A stretch of DNA of 64,000 bases from a virus, in the IMG/VR virus record IMGVR_UViG_3300030090_003481, positions 31,092-95,091 of that record; one strand, written 5' to 3'. Positions within the stretch are counted from its first letter, which is position 1. Each line of letters starts with the position of its first letter. Of this stretch, positions 62,915 to 64,000 are shown one piece after another. The notes beneath the pieces are model-generated. The model made no database searches and was not told the origin of the DNA. It saw only the letters and a list, made by a program, of their open reading frames with translations. Both the position numbers and the translations under genes were made by a program.

Positions 62915-64000
62915 ATGGCATATACGTTTCCACAACAACGATTAAGCAAGAAGAATAAAATCAAAAATAACTTTGCTTGGGCAAAAAGTGTAATAGATGA
63001 AATAGAAAGACAATCTGCTGATAACAGAATAGATAAAAGTTCTACTTCAAGCTCACTAGATAGAAAAAAAATTAACTACGATTTATTTAACGGTAAGTTA
63101 GATAAAGACGATTTTGAATATGTATGTAAGCCATATGGTATGGATGTAGGTGAAATGCCTGCAGAATTACGTCATTATGATATTATGTCTCCTAAACTAA
63201 GAGTTCTTTTTGGAGAAGAAATTAAACGTCCTTTTAATTATAAAGTTGTTTCAACAAATCCTGAATCTATTACTGATAAAGAAAGAGAAAAAGCTGATTT
63301 ATTAAGACAATATATAAATGAGCAGATTCAAATGAAAGTTCAACAAACTCTAATGATGCAAATGCAACAAGCAGGACCAGAGATACAACAGAATCCTGAG
63401 GCTATGCAGCAAATGCAACAACAAGCTACTGAAGCTATGACTCCACCAGAGATACAAGAGTACATGAAAAGAACTTATCAAGATGGAAAAGAAATACAAG
63501 CACAACAAATACTAAATTATTTAGAGAAAAAAGAAAGACTTAGAGACAAGTTTAATAAAGGATGGAAACATGCTTTAATAGCAGGTGAAGAAGTTTATTG
63601 GGCAGGTATAGTAAATGGAGAACCTATTTTACGAACTGTTAATCCTGTATACTTTGATTACGACAAAGATCCAGATCTTGATTATATACAAAATGGTCAA
63701 TGGGCTAAATATACTATGAGAATGACTCCGTCATCTGTTGTAGATAATTTTGGTGAATACATGACTGAACAAGAAATTAAAGATCTGTATGCTGATAGTT
63801 ACGCGGGCGATACGGGCGGGCACCCGCTAGGAAGCAAAACATTTAATTATGATGATGGTACTTTATTTGATCCTTATATGGGATTTGATGATAATGATGA
63901 TGCTCAAAGAAGTTCATATATTAAAGTAACACATGTTGAATGGAAATCACTTAGAAAAATAGGATTTCTTATTTTTATGGATGAATCAGGAATGCCTCAA
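62915..64000 (+). CDS. Portal protein (3' truncated by window)
   Basis: MAYTFPQQRLSKKNK...INYDLFNG...HYDIMSPKLRVLFGEEIKRPF...FNKGWKHALIAGEEVY; follows terL as in crAss-like phages. Confidence 0.85.
   Translation, partial: MAYTFPQQRLSKKNKIKNNFAWAKSVIDEIERQSADNRIDKSSTSSSLDRKKINYDLFNGKLDKDDFEYVCKPYGMDVGEMPAELRHYDIMSPKLRVLFGEEIKRPFNYKVVSTNPESITDKEREKADLLRQYINEQIQMKVQQTLMMQMQQAGPEIQQNPEAMQQMQQQATEAMTPPEIQEYMKRTYQDGKEIQAQQILNYLEKKERLRDKFNKGWKHALIAGEEVYWAGIVNGEPILRTVNPVYFDYDKDPDLDYIQNGQWAKYTMRMTPSSVVDNFGEYMTEQEIKDLYADSYAGDTGGHPLGSKTFNYDDGTLFDPYMGFDDNDDAQRSSYIKVTHVEWKSLRKIGFLIFMDESGMPQ

Noticed and set aside
1-64000. Stop-codon reassignment (TAG/TGA), as in some gut Crassvirales
   Set aside because: Standard code already yields full-length giant ORFs and near-complete coding density; no suppressor tRNA seen.
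1-64000. tRNA genes, integrase, reverse transcriptase/DGR
   Set aside because: No cloverleaf with T-loop/CCA, no recombinase motifs and no YxDD RT motif recognised by eye. tRNAscan-SE and HMM scans would be needed to exclude them fully.

Overview
This is an AT-rich, densely coding 64-kb segment of a crAss-like (Crassvirales-type) dsDNA phage. Its host is most likely in Bacteroidota/Flavobacteriia, based on several TTG-N19-20-TAnnTTTG promoters and A-rich leaders without Shine-Dalgarno sequences. There are three blocks. (1) + strand 1-36116 is the virion module: tail/ring proteins, an IHF-like protein, a 1857-aa muzzle, three ejection/cargo proteins, a 3669-aa virion RNA polymerase (YRIPTQ, DFDFD) and a further large virion protein. 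(2) - strand 36154-56334 is the replication/early module: spore photoproduct lyase, vWA, MoxR AAA+, PD-(D/E)XK nuclease, RusA, primase, SSB-like protein, AAA_24 ATPase, DnaB, SF2 helicase, family A DNA polymerase and many small unknown ORFs. (3) + strand 56793-64000 is the packaging module: HTH, IHF-like, M15 endolysin, terminase large subunit and a partial portal. The most unusual signals are: a translationally coupled MoxR-vWA-spore photoproduct lyase cassette; a repeated xExGGx(V/I)-type motif that divides the cargo proteins into modules, one of which looks like an outer-membrane beta-barrel ending in a beta-signal-like sequence; unannotated very basic micro-ORFs; and many structured intergenic RNAs, including two H-type pseudoknots and a ~200-nt promoter-driven ncRNA candidate. 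All assignments come from reading motifs by eye; no database searches or folding programs were run.
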